From Eledone cirrhosa (Eukaryota), in the NCBI GenBank assembly GCA_964016885.1, contig OZ024741.1, positions 193,874,001 to 193,938,000 of the forward strand: DNA of 64,000 nt. Reading direction: 5' to 3'. The notes beneath the pieces were generated by a model that did no database searches, was not told the origin of the DNA, and saw nothing but the letters and a program-made list of their open reading frames with translations. Positions 26,130 through 40,372 of this stretch are shown here, in pieces. Every line of letters begins with the position of its first letter. The stretch's first letter is position 1. Position numbers and translations under genes: made by a program.

Positions 26130-28648
26130 TGTAGCGAAATCTGTCCGCGCAGTGAACTTTGGGTGATACCTAAAGGTTAAATTTTATGTCACCACATTTA
26201 TTGTGTTAACAAGTTCAGGTTGGGGGACAGGAAGTGACAGCTATATACAAACCATGTACAAGCTATTCCACACAGAGACATCGAAGCGATAGGATATACA
26301 ACTAAATATGTAAGGATTTACTGCTATAAATAGACCCCCAGTGGTCTACAGCCAGAAACATCGGAGCACCCCACTACAGAACAAGCTATGTAAATATTCA
26401 CCACTATTCAACAGACCGCATGCAGTCTACAGATACACACAGCGATTGGAACCCTGCTATACAGAACACAAATGTGGAAGATTCAGTTCACGGTATTTCT
26501 CAGTTACTACAGACCATTCAGAGCTATACATATCATACTCTAACACAGTCTAACAACTATTACCACGAATTCCAACAACAACAACAATTATCTGTAACTC
26601 GTTGTTTTAACACCAACAACAACAACCTACACATCAACAACAAAATAATATTGTCAATCTTTGCAACTTATGGTAACTTGTTTATTTGTACCTTTTAATT
26701 CACGTGAAGTAAACAATATATACCCAAATCTTAATATTCTTTATATCCTTTATATCTTTTTATATCCTTTATATTCTTTATATCCTTTATATTCTTTACA
26801 TTTAACAATCTTGTTATTATCACATTTCTAATAACCACATATAATAAAAATAACTTTTCATTATACCTTTCGTTAAATTGGTGACCTGACGTTTCCCCCC
26901 CCCAAAAAAAAATTAAAAACAAAAACGAAATGGTATTTAAAAAAAAAAAAATTACACGCAGCCTTTTTGATCTGATCATGGTATATTGCCAACCTCAGCA
27001 ATATACAGTTACCAAACACTTTCACTTGCTTCGTAATCTCCACCAATAACAATGGACAATTACTACTAGCTTCCTAGCAAGAAAATCTTCACATAGGGAA
27101 GAGAAAATCGAACTTTTTTTTTTAAAAAAGAAATTATACAAATATTTTTTTTTAGTTTTTTTACAGGTTGTATATGAATGTCATTTTTTAAATTTTTTTA
27201 ATTTGTTTTACTGTATTATATGCCTGTATGGATAACGCGTTTTACATCAAACACACATCATTTTCCTTGTCGAGTACCAACATGTTTTTGTCTGTGGTAT
27301 ATTCTGGATTCGGTTGGGTCTCTGCGGGATCACTTTTCGACTGGTCAAGGTACGGCGAAAGCTATGTAATACATGATAATCAGCCAACGGTTACTTTTAG
27401 CTCGACTCACTGAGCGCACACTCATATCATAGCATAAACCGCGACTCACGGGAAGAGAATCTTACTTATAATAATACATCGAGATTCAATTGGTCAAGGT
27501 TCGACAATAGCTATTTAACACATGATAATCAAACCACGGTTACTCAATTGATCGACTCACTGAGCAAGCAACTCAAAATTGCACACACTCATGTCATAGC
27601 GTAAACCTCGACTCACTGAAGAGAATCTTACGTATGATGATACATCGAGAGAAATAGTCCTCTGTGTTGTCATATCGTAATCCGATACCGTAACCCATCC
27701 ATCCATACACAACAGTTCGAAATACATGACCACAACTTTGTATTTTTACAGTTCCTTCTAAATGTTACACACATGCATACTCAGTCATACTATATATTTT
27801 TTTCTCTCTCTCCGAATTTCTCTACACTCGAAGTGCGGGCGCAGTACCCACATTTTGTGTGTTTTGGGACACGCTTCTAGGAATCAGATTCCACTACCCA
27901 TTTTATAATCGATCGCTGCTCCAGCATCGATCTGGGTAGGGAACTAATGTAGCGAAATCTGTCCACGCCTTGAACTTTGGGTGATACCTAAAGGTTAAAT
28001 TTTAATTCACCACATTTAATTGTGTTAACAAGTTCAGGTTAGGGGACAGGAAGTGACAGCTATATACAGACCATGTACAAGCCATCCCACACAGAGACAT
28101 CGAAGCGATAGGATATACAACTAAATATGTAAGGATTTACTGCTATAAATAGACCTCCAGTGGTCTACAGTCAGAAACATCGGAGCACCCCACTACAGAA
28201 CAAGCTATGTAAAGATTCACCACTATTCAACAGACCCCCATGAAGTCTACAGATACTCACAGCGATTGGAACCCTGCTATACAGAACACAAATGTGGAAG
28301 ATTCAGTTCACATTATTTCTCAGTTACTACAGACCATTCAGAGCTATACATATCATACTCTCTAACACGGTCTAACAACTATTACCACGAATTCCAACAA
28401 CAACAACAATTATCTGTAACTCGTTGTTTTAACACCAACAACAACAACCTACACATCAACAACAAAATAATATTGTCAATCTTTGCAACTTATGGTAACT
28501 TGTTTATTGTACCTTTTAATTCACGTGAAGTAAACTATATAAATCAAATCTTATATTCTTATATTCTTTATATTATATTCATGTTATCGCTTCTAACAAC
28601 ATTGTTATTATCATAACAACTAAATAACCAACATATCTATTCGATACA
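26130..28648 (+). mobile_element. Second non-autonomous LTR retroelement with ~700-750-bp LTRs
   Basis: LTRs begin TGTAGCGAAATCTG at 26130 and 27948. PBS-like tggtgacctgacgt at 26879; purine tract gggtagggaac before the 3' LTR. Non-coding interior with an internal ~155-bp duplication. Confidence 0.85.
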
Positions 28649-28659
28649 TATTACCATAC

Positions 28660-30007
28660 TATCCATTATATAACCATCCCACCAGACCCCACCCCACCAA
28701 ACATCTGCGTCCCCACCCCGCCGGAAACCACCTCCCATCCAGACAACCCCTCCACACCCCCATGGAAATCGTGCGGCCTGGTCCCCAGGAGGCGAAGGGT
28801 GAGTGATCTCTTTTCCTCTTTTAACTTTTCAGCACCAACATGGCCAATAAAAACGTATAAAATGTTATCACAAATGCAATTTAAAAAATTAATCAATTTT
28901 CCCCAATAGGGGAGACAGTTCATATGGGTAACACATACCCCTGAAAAAATGTGCAACCCTCATCTCCAGGAGTACGAAGAGTTTGTACTCCTTTCCTCTC
29001 CTCCTCCTTTTCCTCAACCTACAGGCTGATATAGAGAGAAGGCCCAATCACTCAGGCCATTCTCGCCACTTTCACCCACCTTTCATAAAACTTGCTGGGG
29101 TACAGCACCTTTCTCTCCATCCTGATTCTTCTTCCAAAGTGGTATTTGAAAAAAAGAATCAGTTGTTGGCCGGAGAGAAAGGTGTCTGACCTCAGCCCTT
29201 TCAACCTTGTCCACCATACAACCTCTTTCGCCATAGGTATCACACAAAGGAAAACCGCCTCTTCTTCGTTTTTGAAGGAGGGTGGCGGTTTGATCATGAC
29301 AATGGACTCGGTGGTCAACCGGATTGGTCCCACCCGCGACAATAGTCGTTCTACATAGCCCCACAGGTCAGTGACGCCCGGGCAGTGTCTGAATGCGTGC
29401 GCGACGGATTCTTCGTCTCGCACGCACCTCGGACAGATCTTTTTTGCAGGGTCCCTGCCCGGGCGCCCATGTCTGTAGAGCTTGTCTCGAACTGGTAGAG
29501 CTCCTCGGTAGCACTGCCAGGTCAGGGACTTTTGGAAGTTGTCCATCGGTCCCGGGCGGAAGGTCCTACCGAACAGACTGGCCAGTTGATCTTCCTCTAC
29601 GCCTAGAGTTTCACCGAGCGCGTCGGCGCACTTGCTGCGGGTCAACCCTCTATAGAATGACGAAGTGGAGTCTCCACTGATCGCCGGGTCCGCCTGCCAG
29701 AGGGCTGTGAGCGCCTGAGCACATTCGATGTGCCAGTCGCCGATTTTCCTCGGTCTTTGCTTGACCCAGGACTGCAGCTCGGTCAGCGAGACGAGTCGTG
29801 GGAAGGCTCGCCTCACGAACGGGGCCCACACCGGTTGTCCGGTGAGGAATACGTAGAGATGCCGCAGCCTGAGCGCGTGTTTGCGCATCGTCAACCATGG
29901 CATCCCCAGCCCTCCGTTAGAAGGGTGTTGGCAGCAGATGGATCTTCTCACCAAAGGAGCCCGCCTCTTTCAAAGGAATTGGAAGAGCGCGCGTTCCATT
30001 TTGGTGA
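28660..30007 (-). mobile_element. L1/Tx1-clade LINE 3' fragment (zf-RVT region)
   Basis: ORF 29052-29954: GGLGMP, ALPVRDKL, CPRC..ESVAHAFRHC. Confidence 0.9.
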
Positions 30008-30009
30008 GC

Positions 30010-31705
30010 ATAGATAGATTTCTTTATTAGCCACAAGGACGCAACAAGAAAAGAGGACAATACAAAGACATGCCGGGATTTTACATACAGTCGTGTAAAA
30101 AATATAAAAACAAACAATTTCAACAATCGAAATCCCCAATAGGGGGAGGCGCCACAAATGGGTTGTTTAATACCCCGTCGATAGAACAAACCTCAACTCC
30201 AGGAGCGTGTTGTGCAAGTGCTCCTTTCTTCCTTTTGCTCTCTTCCTCAACCTACAGGCTTATAAACAGAGAAGGCCCAATTACTCGGGCCATTTTCGCT
30301 TCATTCACCCACCTTTCAGTAAATTTACTGGGGTGCAGTGCCTCTCTCTCCACCCTCATTCTCCTTCTAAAGTGGTACTTAAAGAAGGGAATCATTTGTT
30401 GTCCGGAGAGAAAGGCATCTGTCCTCAGTCCTCTCAACCTCGTCCACCATATAACTTCTTTCACCATAGCCACCGTACAGAGGAAAACCGCCTCTCTTTC
30501 GTTTTTGAAAGAGGCTAGCAGTTTGATCCTTACTATGGACTCGGCAGTCAACTGGATTTGTCCCATACGCGACAGCAGTTGTTCTGCATAGTTCCACAGG
30601 TCGCTTACGCCCGGGCAGTGTACAATTGCGTGCAGAACTGTTTCAATGTCCTGCGCACATCTTGGACACGTCCTCTTGGAAGGATCCCTGCCAGGGCGTC
30701 CGTGCCTGTAGATCTTGTCACGAACCGGTAGAGCTCCTCGGTAGCACTGCCAGGCCAGGGACCTCTGGAAGTTTTCCATAGGTCCCGGGAGGAAAGTCCT
30801 ACCAAACAGACTGGTGAGCTCATCGTCTTCGACGCCCAGAGTCTCTCCGAGCACGTCGTCGCCCTTGTAACGTACAATCCCTCTATAGAATGTCGAAGTG
30901 GAGTCTCCACTGATTGCTGCGCCCGCTTGCCAGAGGACTGTGAGCGCCTGAGCGCATTCAATGTGCCAGGCGCCCATCGTTTTCGGTCTTTTCTTCACCC
31001 AGGACTGCAGCTCCGTTAGCGAGACGAGCTGTGGGAAAGCCTGTCTCACAAACGGTGCCCACACCGGTTGGGGTCGGTGAGGAATACCTGGAAATGCCGC
31101 AGCCTCAGCGCATGTTTGCGCATCATCAGCCACGGCATTCCCAGCCCTCCGTTGGAAGGGTGCTGACAGCAGACGGATCTCCTCACCAGCGGAGCCTGCT
31201 TCTTCCACAGAAACTGGAAGAGCATGCGTTCCATCTTGGCGAGGTGTTCACGGGGACAAGGCACGACAGTCAAGCGGTAGTAGATGACGGACGCTATGAA
31301 AGTGTTCGCCACCTCCGCTCGACCTTTCAAGGACAGTTTGCACTCTGCCCACTTCTGAGTGAGTGCAAATACCTTGGCCGTGACCTCGTACCAGTTTTTC
31401 TTCACCTGGAGGTCTGGACCGAACCAGACCCCGAGCAATTTCACCGGTCCGTCCGTCCAGCGTCCAACGACGCTGTCGGATGTCATCGGTTTGCCTCTCC
31501 ACGTACCGAGTTGCAAACCGACAGACTTGTCTGGGTTTAGTTTTGCTCCCGTCAGCGTTTCGTATTCTTTCAGTAAGTTGCCGATCACCCCGAGTTCCGA
31601 GGTGCTCGACACCATTACCGTTACGTCGTCGGCATAAGCCGACGCCGCTTTGCGCAGTCCCGGTTCTAGGGGATGCCCTGCAACAGCTCCAATTTTCGCA
31701 GTAGT
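30010..31705 (-). mobile_element. L1/Tx1-clade LINE 3' part (RT C-terminus + zf-RVT)
   Basis: AYADDVTV, VKLLGVWFG, CPRC..ETVLHAIVHC; 3' end abuts tagataga. Confidence 0.9.
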
Positions 31706-31732
31706 GGAGATAGACAAATAGATAGATATAAT

Positions 31733-31912
31733 TGTTTCTACTTTTGGCACAAGGCCAGCAATTATCCCAGTACATTACTGGTACTTTATTTTATCGACCC
31801 CGTAAGGATGAAAGGCAAAGTAAACCTCGGCGGGATTTGAACTCAGATCGTAAAGGGACGTAACTATGCTGGAAAGCATGGCGTCCGACCTTCTACCGAT
31901 ACTGCCAATCCA
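31733..31912 (-). mobile_element. Nin/Deu-type SINE copy
   Basis: Near-identical to 2714-2894. Confidence 0.85.
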
Positions 31913-31939
31913 CATAGATAGATATAATAAATAGCTATA

Positions 31940-32850
31940 ATAGATATATTTCTTTATTTGCCACAAGGGCGTACAAAAATGGAACATTACAAGACGTGAC
32001 GGCGGCGGTTTTACATAAAATCTTTAACAATAATAATGGATAACAATAGAATATATACAAAATAAAACAATCGAAATCCCCAATAGGGGGGAACGTTACT
32101 GCGGGGTTGTTTTACACCCCGTGGATAGAACAACCCTCAACACCAGGAACACGTTTTGTAGGTGTTCCCGTCTTCCCTCTGTTTGTATACAGAGCAGTTT
32201 CACCGGTCCTTCCGTCCAGCGTCCAACGACGCTGTCTCAAGGCATGGGTTTGCCTTTCCATGTGTTGAGTTCCAAAGCGACAGACTTCTTTGGGTTTAGT
32301 CAACGTTTCCTATTCCTGTAATAGGTGGCCGATTACCCCGATTTCCGAGGTTTTCGACACCATTACGGTTACGTCGTCGGCATAGGCCGACGCTGCTTTC
32401 CGCAGACCTGGTTCGATCGGGATGCCCTGCAACAGCTCCAATTTCCGCAGTAATGGCTTGAGAGTCAGTACATACAGAATGGAGGAGAGAGAGGGCATCC
32501 CTGACGGATGGAACGCATGATTTGGAATGGCTCCAATAGATAGCCATTTACCTTGACTGCCGAGCAGATGCTGGTGTGCATGGCAGCGATCCAGCATCTG
32601 AAGACAGGACCGAAGCCGGCCGTCTTGAGAACCGATTCCAAGTATTGAAGGTCCACCCTAACAAAATGCCTTAGACTGATCTAAATTGATCAGAGCACCA
32701 CCGAAGCCAGGTTTACACCCACCCTCTCTATGGTGTATCGCATGAAGTGGAGGTTGTCGTGTATGGACCTGGTTGGGATTGCTTCTCCCACCAGGTTCTA
32801 GACGATAAGTGCCAGCCTCGTTGCTAACACATTGGCCAAAATCTTTAACT
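31940..32850 (-). mobile_element. Internally deleted L1/Tx1 LINE fragment
   Basis: 3' UTR like 30010-30200 joined to RT segment (LDQSKAF, SIRQGCPLS, AYADDV). Confidence 0.8.
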
Positions 32851-33349
32851 AAATAGCTAAAATAGATATACAGACAGAAAGGTAAGTTAGTTAATATACA
32901 TGGATTGTTGTGGTAGATATACAAATAAGACTAGTCATCACCTTTAAAGTAGAGCAGAAGAACGTGGAACCAACAGCCATACTTAAAGTAAAGTTAGGGG
33001 AACATAGGACCAGCTGGAACGTCAACAGTCATTCTTAAAGTGCAGCTAAAGAAACCCTAAAAGAAAGCCTAGTGGACCGTGTCATACCAGCCGAAACCCT
33101 TAAAGTAGGATAAGGGAACATCGTAAAACATCGTAATCCGTGGAAAGACAGAGTAATCCGGCATGGCTGATCATTTGTGGAGAAGACAGGGGCGTCATCA
33201 ACCTTTGTGGAAGAAAGTTACAATAACAGAAAGGAAACAACACTGAAAGGTAAGACGATTGAAAAAACACACATATATATATATATAGTTCTGGTAATCA
33301 CAGTAGATTTGAGACGCTTTTAACAATGGAGCAAATAGTGGCACAGTAT

Positions 33350-34700
33350 CCTCACTATCCGCCAACATAGAAATATTCCACCAACATGCCGAGTTCTATA
33401 ACACTGCACTCGCTAAGGCCGGTTGTTCGGATACGTGTGAGATGCCAATGTAACAACATGCAGTGGACGCCCTTCGATCGCTGGCACGCCAGTATCTAAC
33501 GGGGTAGGTCCGAAACGAAAACAAAACACATAACCATGCATCAACTACCAGTCCTGGCGGTGGTGGCGACTGCATGGATAGATGAGCCCGATCATAGCCG
33601 TGGCGTGGTGGATGGGACGAGCAGCGCTACTATATACCCTTCAGTTAACTACAACCCCAATACGTACACTTACCCCGGGCCAGACACACTGCACACATAA
33701 CACCACACCACACCTTTCGAGTAACCGCAACCATAGTAAACGCACTATGAACCATCATGATCACAACTCACAGAAGCGTGTTCAAGGACGGGCCCGAATA
33801 GATGGTGCCTATAGTCGCAACCCGATCAAACATCACGCGGACACCCACAGCAGCATGCTGAGTGGAGGCAACCGCAGTCCCATCGGAAGGTTCAATTACA
33901 ACACTGTGGCCGGTGATATTGCTGCAGACGATATTTCTCCCAACATCACCAATAAGAAGAACAGTGGCGATGATAGCGGGGGCAGGGCTGGCCGCAGTAA
34001 CAATTACAGAGCTGACAACGGTGGTGGCACCGATGACAGTGGAGACAGTGGTGGTGGTGGTATTGACAGGGCTAATGGAGACAGCAGTGAGAATAACATT
34101 CTTAAATTTTCGAAAATGCAACGTCACAGGTCACGCGCCATACTGCAGACACGTACAGACAAACATCCGGGGCACCTTCTTCAAGGCCTTCAGCCGACAT
34201 TCGATGAAGTTCTCATCCTCCCCCCCCCCCCCTCCAAAAAAAAAACCCCGAAGAAATTATAGCACCATCAATGGCAGGATGAGGACGTTTGCCAACAGAT
34301 AAGACCCTATACTGAAGGAACATCATTTATCGGTAGCTCACACAACAACAAGGAACCTAATAACTGGTCTGAGAACATCCAGCACACATCCATGGGGGCC
34401 CCGGATAACACTACCCACAAACCAGCAAGAATGAATGTTGGGGGAGTTGATCTGGAGACTCAAAGATGCACAAACCAACTTTAGGATAAGCTGGAGTATA
34501 CTTAGATACGGGACGCCTCACTCACAAATCCGAAATAATACTCATATGCAGACACTCGCGACATTCAACATTCTCGGCTCTATGCTTCACGCAAACGACT
34601 AACCAGTCGTACATGGAGTATACCCATCATTTGACCACACTATGCACTGAGCAACTTCTAAGGACCACTTTATCCGCGCATTGCTGTTTTATTTTATTTT
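33350..34700 (+). mobile_element. Degraded PLE fragment (post-RT region and low-complexity linker)
   Basis: NIEIFHQHAEFYNTALAKAG resembles NIQVFKEHAEYYDNALSKAG of the 9-11.5 kb element. PYCRHVQTNIRGTFFKAFSRH resembles the PPF..KTNI..F motif. Confidence 0.5.
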
Positions 34701-35040
34701 ATTTTATTTTATTTTATTCTATCGTTTTACTAATCCACAGACTACTAATACGACCAGGCGGGCAATGCGGTCAGTAGAACTGCCACTCTCGAATTCTATA
34801 AAGGGTTAGCTATTGTAAATCCGGTACTGCATATCTTACACACAAAAATGAAACAGTCTGATGCCCACATAAAACACACCAGTGGCCCACCTGTTGCTAA
34901 TTTCTGGTATAATGAGACCAGACCACTAACTGGTGGATAACATGTGCTGAGTGATAGGTATAAAAGTTCGATTACTTTACACACAGTGTGGAGCAACGAA
35001 ACATGAAGATGGATAGAACGGATTATTTCTCTATAACAAA

Positions 35041-35226
35041 GGGCAGTGGATCGGCAGTATCGGTAGAGGGTCGGACGCCATGCTTTCCAGCATAGTTACG
35101 TCCCTTTACGATCTGAATTCAAATCCCGCCGAGGTTGACTTTGCCTTTCATCCTTACGGGGTCGATAAAATAAAGTACCAGTAATGCACTGGGTAATTGC
35201 TGGCCTTGTGCCTAAAGTAGAAACAA
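35041..35226 (+). mobile_element. Nin/Deu-type SINE copy with 19-bp TSD
   Basis: TSD attatttctctataacaaa at 35022-35040 and 35226-35244. Confidence 0.9.
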
Positions 35227-35575
35227 TTATTTCTCTATAACAAAAGTAATCAATGATTCGTACTGCCACTCCTCTGTTTATCGGACGGCAACTGCCCGGT
35301 GTGTGGTCGACGTGTCAAAATTAGCACTAGAGAATACGCCAATAGAAAATGTAGCATTTGCTTATAATTGTTGGAAACACCTGTAATTAGAAATACTAGA
35401 GTTAAGACTAGAAAAGAGTAAAAGCAAGAAGAAAACAAAATAACAGCTTACACCGCTTATGATATCTCGAGGTCGTGACCCTCTTTTCAAAAGAAAGGAA
35501 ATAGTGTGTGGTGTTGGCGGCAAGTGACGAAATGTTTCATTTGTCTCAGCGGTTATGATATTATGAAGAAATAAT

Positions 35576-36087
35576 TATTTCTACTTTTGGCACAAGGCCA
35601 GCAATTATTTCAGTACATTACTGGTACTTTATTTTATCGACCCCGTAAGGATGTATAGCGAAGATACTGGGTTGTATGAATGTAACAAGGAGACATCGTT
35701 TGTGTGTATATTTAATTAACGATCTAACAGTATAGTTGACATGTCAATGAAATAGATGAAAGAATGAAGCAAAGTTAGTAGTTACCGTTTTGATTGCCAG
35801 GCAAACGCAGGCTGGCAGAAGACGCCTGGCGAAGGCGGGCGCCGGAAGGGCTAATGAGAGTGAGAACTTAAAGTTGTTAGTTTTATAGGGTTCTGACCGG
35901 AAGTTACAGAAAGCGTTCTACTTCCCGTCTAGATGTTGTTAATCTATTGGGGTTGTGAGTCACAACAAGGGAGACAACTGCTACAGATGAAAGGCAAAGT
36001 TAACCTCGACGGGGTTTGAACTGAGACCATAAAGGGACGTAACTATGCTACAAAGCTTGGTGTCCAACCCCTCTACTGATACTGCCA
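35576..36087 (-). mobile_element. SINE copy interrupted by a solo LTR
   Basis: SINE sequence resumes after 35989. Confidence 0.8.
35654..35985 (-). mobile_element. Solo LTR related to the 15593 element
   Basis: Revcomp TGTAGCAG...CGCTATA, homologous to the LTR at 15593; 4-bp TSD gatg at 35650-35653 and 35986-35989. Confidence 0.85.
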
Positions 36088-36649
36088 AGAAATAATATCA
36101 GCTTAAAATATAATATATGTTTATTTTAATTTTCTACACTAACCAGTTGTATATTTATTTAGTGATTCTCTCCTCACTGCTTTGGTTTGGCAAGTATCAG
36201 GAAGACCAAAACATGTCTGAAGATTTTCCCCATACTTGCTGAAAGAATCAAAATAATATTAGTAAATGACTACTATTGTTAGTAGTGATAGATAAGGAGT
36301 GGGATGTTGTGAAGTCGTAGAATATAGAAAGAAAGAAAAAGTAAAGTAAAAAAGAAAAAAAGAACAAGAGAGACGAAGAGAGGCGAAAGAAAGAGAGATA
36401 TAAAGAAAAGGAAAAGAGAAAAAGAAAAATCAATCAATGAGAGAGAAAATAGTAAAAGAAAGAGAGGTGAAAGGGGGAATTATAAACGGGAAGAAAGGTT
36501 AGGGAAAGTGTAAAAAAAAAAGAAGAAAGATTGAGAGAATGAGAAAGAAAAATGAAAGAAAATCATAGAAGGAATGTAACAAAAGAAAAACAAAAAGAAG
36601 AGTGAATAGGAAAAAGAAAGAAATTCAAAGGGAAGAAATTTTAATAGTG

Positions 36650-37040
36650 GCTTCTAATTTAGAGACAAGGTCAGCAATTTGGAGGCGAAGGAAAATCAAT
36701 TAAGTCGACTCCAGTACTCAATTTATACTTTATTTTATCGACTCCTGAAAGATGAAATACATAGTTGACCTTGGCTTGATTTGAACTAAGAATAGGGGAA
36801 CAATTGCCGCAAAGTATTTTGTCCAACGCTGTAACGATTCTGCGACTCCATCACATTTGAGAATCGTTTCTAATTTTTGCAGAAAGCCAACAGTTGTGAA
36901 GGAAGGGAATGTTGATTATATCGACCCCAATACTTGATTAGTACATTATTTCATCCATCTCAGAAGGATGAAAGGTAAAGTTGACCTCGACATGATTTGA
37001 ATTCCGAATGTAAAGAATCGGAACAAATACTGCAATGGCA
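36650..37040 (-). mobile_element. Two older diverged Nin/Deu-type SINE copies
   Basis: ttttatcgactcctgaaagatgaaa and agaaggatgaaaggtaaagttgacctcg. Confidence 0.65.
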
Positions 37041-37114
37041 TCTTAACAGTCAACTAAAAAGAAAACCGGAACCGGAAGATAAATAAAAAGAGGGGAAGCT
37101 GGAAATGAAACGAG

Positions 37115-37217
<103 letters not shown>

Positions 37218-37499
37218 ATTTATTTGGTAGGAGATTGAGGGTAACTTTATATTTAAAAAATGACCGAAGAGAAGTTCACAGAAAAAGAGAGAGAGGGGGC
37301 GGGGTAATGGAGAGGATTATAGGTAAGAGTTTTGGGATTGACAGAGGAAAAGTGGAGGCAGTACAAATAGTTTATGGATGTACAAGTTACGATCGAGAAG
37401 TATTGAGAGGCAGTTATCTTAGATTATTATAATTTTAGTATATCATCTAATAAGCTGACCCGCCAAACTGTGTTATTCCAGATTGAACATACACTACGA

Positions 37500-38105
37500 A
37501 ACACTGCTTGTCACATCTGACTAATTTGCAGAATGCAGTCGGGGCATGAAGACAATCTGAAGCTCGCTATGCAATACAGTTTTGTGTTAAGTTGGGCAAA
37601 AACGCTACAGGAACTTATGAAATGCTCTAGAGTCTAGACTGTTTTGGGATTAACTTGTATGAGCCGAGTATCTGTTTTTCGCTGGTACAAGAGGTTCAAT
37701 GATGGTAGAGAGGAGGTGAGAGACGATGTGAGGTGAGGGCTTTGAGGGACGTCACATCAGATCTGGTTGAGAAAATTCGAAATTTTCTAGATGAAGATCG
37801 TCGCGTGTCTATAAAGACAATAAGCATAGATTTTGGACTAGGTATGGCAACTCTACACAGAATTATTCATGAAGATCTGAACATGTGCAAAACTTGTACA
37901 AAGTTTGTTCCCAGGGTGTTCAGTGACGAACAGAAGAAAATACGCTGATGACAGTAAGGAGATGGTTGAGCTCATTACCTCCAATCCACGAGTACTTGAG
38001 CCTTTGGTGACCTGTGGCAAAAGCTGGATCTACCGTTATGATCTAGAGACCAAGTGACAGAGTACCCAACAGAAGCATCCAGGCTCACTCAGATCCAAGA
38101 AGGCC
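37500..38105 (+). mobile_element. Mariner transposase pseudogene (N-terminal HTH region)
   Basis: RYAIQFCVKLGKNA, RWYKRF, DEDRRVSIKTI, HRIIHEDLNM..KFVPR, LVTCGKSWIY; stops and frameshifts. Confidence 0.8.
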
Positions 38106-38892
38106 AATTAAATATGTTTATTGTTTATAAACATATAGTATCTACTTTCATAAACATCCCTTTTACGATTAAAGTTGTCTTAGTGTTACTGGCAATAAAT
38201 TATAACCGGCTAAGTTCGCACTATATGCAAATGAGCATTTCCAACCGATGTTTTCTATTTGCTATATGCAAATCAGCATCCCAGCAAACGTTAATCCTAC
38301 AAAATCTAGATTATAAAAGACAAGCTGATCTCCGTCTATCTGTCCATCACAACATATATGTAGAAGGAGGGAAGAATAGGAGGAGTTGAAATTTGTTGTT
38401 CCTGAGAGAAAAACACAGTGAGAGAGAGGGAGAGAGAGTGTGTGTGAAAAGAAGGTGGATCGTTTATGACGGCAGAATGAAAGTGATAATACAAATACAA
38501 AGTTTGTATTATTAATGAATTTTAATTTGTGCATTTAGTCTTCCATAATTTTTAACGTTTTCCTGACTATATGTAAAGTTGCTTGCGTTTTCAAAATCTT
38601 TCGGACATTCGGACACGTGGTTGGTAATAAACTATCTTTTTTGTATTATTTAACGATTCTGAAGCTTTTAATACAAAGGAATAAAATTCGACTTCCTTCT
38701 GTATTTGAAAGAAATGCGTGTAAATCAATTAAAAATGTATTCAAACTTGGTTATTTATTTAATCATTTTATATATGCTCTGTGGTGCTGTAAAATTACTA
38801 TGACTGGAAATTTACAAATTGGATGAAACTCTGAACAAACTTATTGTTGATTATACAATCACATTCGAGCTGTGAATATCTCTCTGTCTTAT

Positions 38893-39415
38893 ATAAGTGC
38901 AACCAAGCGCATACCCTCCATCAGACACCTACCATACTCTGAACGCCTTGCTTCCCTGGGCATGGATTCATTGAAGCTCCGACGTCTGGCAATGGACTTG
39001 GTAAACACCCACAAAGTTATTAACCATCTCGCTAACAACAACCCTGAGCACCTTTTTGATCTCCATCTGTCTAACACGCGTGGACATGCCTACAAAATTA
39101 GAAAACAGCACAGCTCCCATGACTTTCGGAAATATATTTTCACGCTTAGAGTTGCTGAAGCATGGAACAAACTGCCTGCGTCAGTTGTTAGATGCCGAGA
39201 CACTGCATCCTTTAAAACCCTCATGCTTCCCGAAATTCGCCAAAACTACACCTGATGTACCCCTTCCATACACATGCACACATGTGTATATCAAGACTCA
39301 TGCACTGTTCATTTTCCTGACGTTTGTACATTAACCTATGTACTATACATACACTTTTTGATGAGTTGTAGTGCACCTGAGCACTGTACACAATATTTTC
39401 ATTATATTATTATTT
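38893..39415 (+). mobile_element. CR1-clade LINE 3' end
   Basis: ATKRIP..YSERL..L..RR..DL, TRGH, F..RV..WNKLP; (ATT)n tail. Confidence 0.85.
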
Positions 39416-39519
39416 TTATATAGTTGTATTATCAAATCATCTAATCTACCTTGTGTATGTATGAAGTTGTTTTTCGCTAATTTCCAATAGCCGAAATACG
39501 ATTCTCGCTAATTTATATT

Positions 39520-39605
<86 letters not shown>

Positions 39606-39816
39606 GATATATATATATATATATATATAACGAAGGAAAAGTGGTAAGGAACCAGGTGGACCATAACGCACCAAAGTACTCAATACTTAGTGTAGTAGAG
39701 TGGGTAATAGGAGTAAGTAAGACCCCGACGGCTGAGCTCAAGCCATTTCGACGGTAATTCAGTACAGAATTAGCCGTCGAAACGGCTTGAGCTCAGCCGT
39801 CGGGGTCTTACTTACT

Positions 39817-39848
<32 letters not shown>

Positions 39849-39851
<3 letters not shown>

Positions 39852-40094
39852 TTGTCCCCCGGTATTCGCGGTGATTACGTTCCTAGAACATCCGCGAAGA
39901 GTGAACAACCGCGAATATTGGACGTGGTGCATAAAAATGCCTATAAGCGTCAAAACATAACGTAAAATATAATATAAGCTGGCAAATAGGACATATTGTT
40001 ATTAATAATTTAGAGTTAAAAAGCGGGAAAAAATATATAGTGCCACGAAAAGAGCCATTAAAAAATCGCAGAAGATATTTACGATTCCGCGAAT
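39849..40094 (+). mobile_element. Tc1/mariner (Tigger-like) MITE fragment
   Basis: TA|cagttgtcccccggtattcgcg terminus; repeated ccgcgaa motifs. Confidence 0.45.
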
Positions 40095-40300
40095 ATATAT
40101 ATATATATATGTTTATCCCGGGTTCAATCGGGGGTAACCACAGTAAGTAAGGTACTCAATACATAGCAGAGTATACATATTTAATATAGAAATGGCTTCT
40201 ACAGGACTAGAACTGTTTCATTCGGGAGAAATCATCAGTCAAGCCTTTCCTGGTGATTTCTCGGTTCTTGTCCTGTAGAAGCCATTTCTACATTATACAT

Positions 40301-40372
<72 letters not shown>

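Noticed and set aside
33582-34262. 226-aa G/D/N-rich ORF as a host gene
   Set aside because: Lies between PLE-like motifs; probably low-complexity linker of a decayed element
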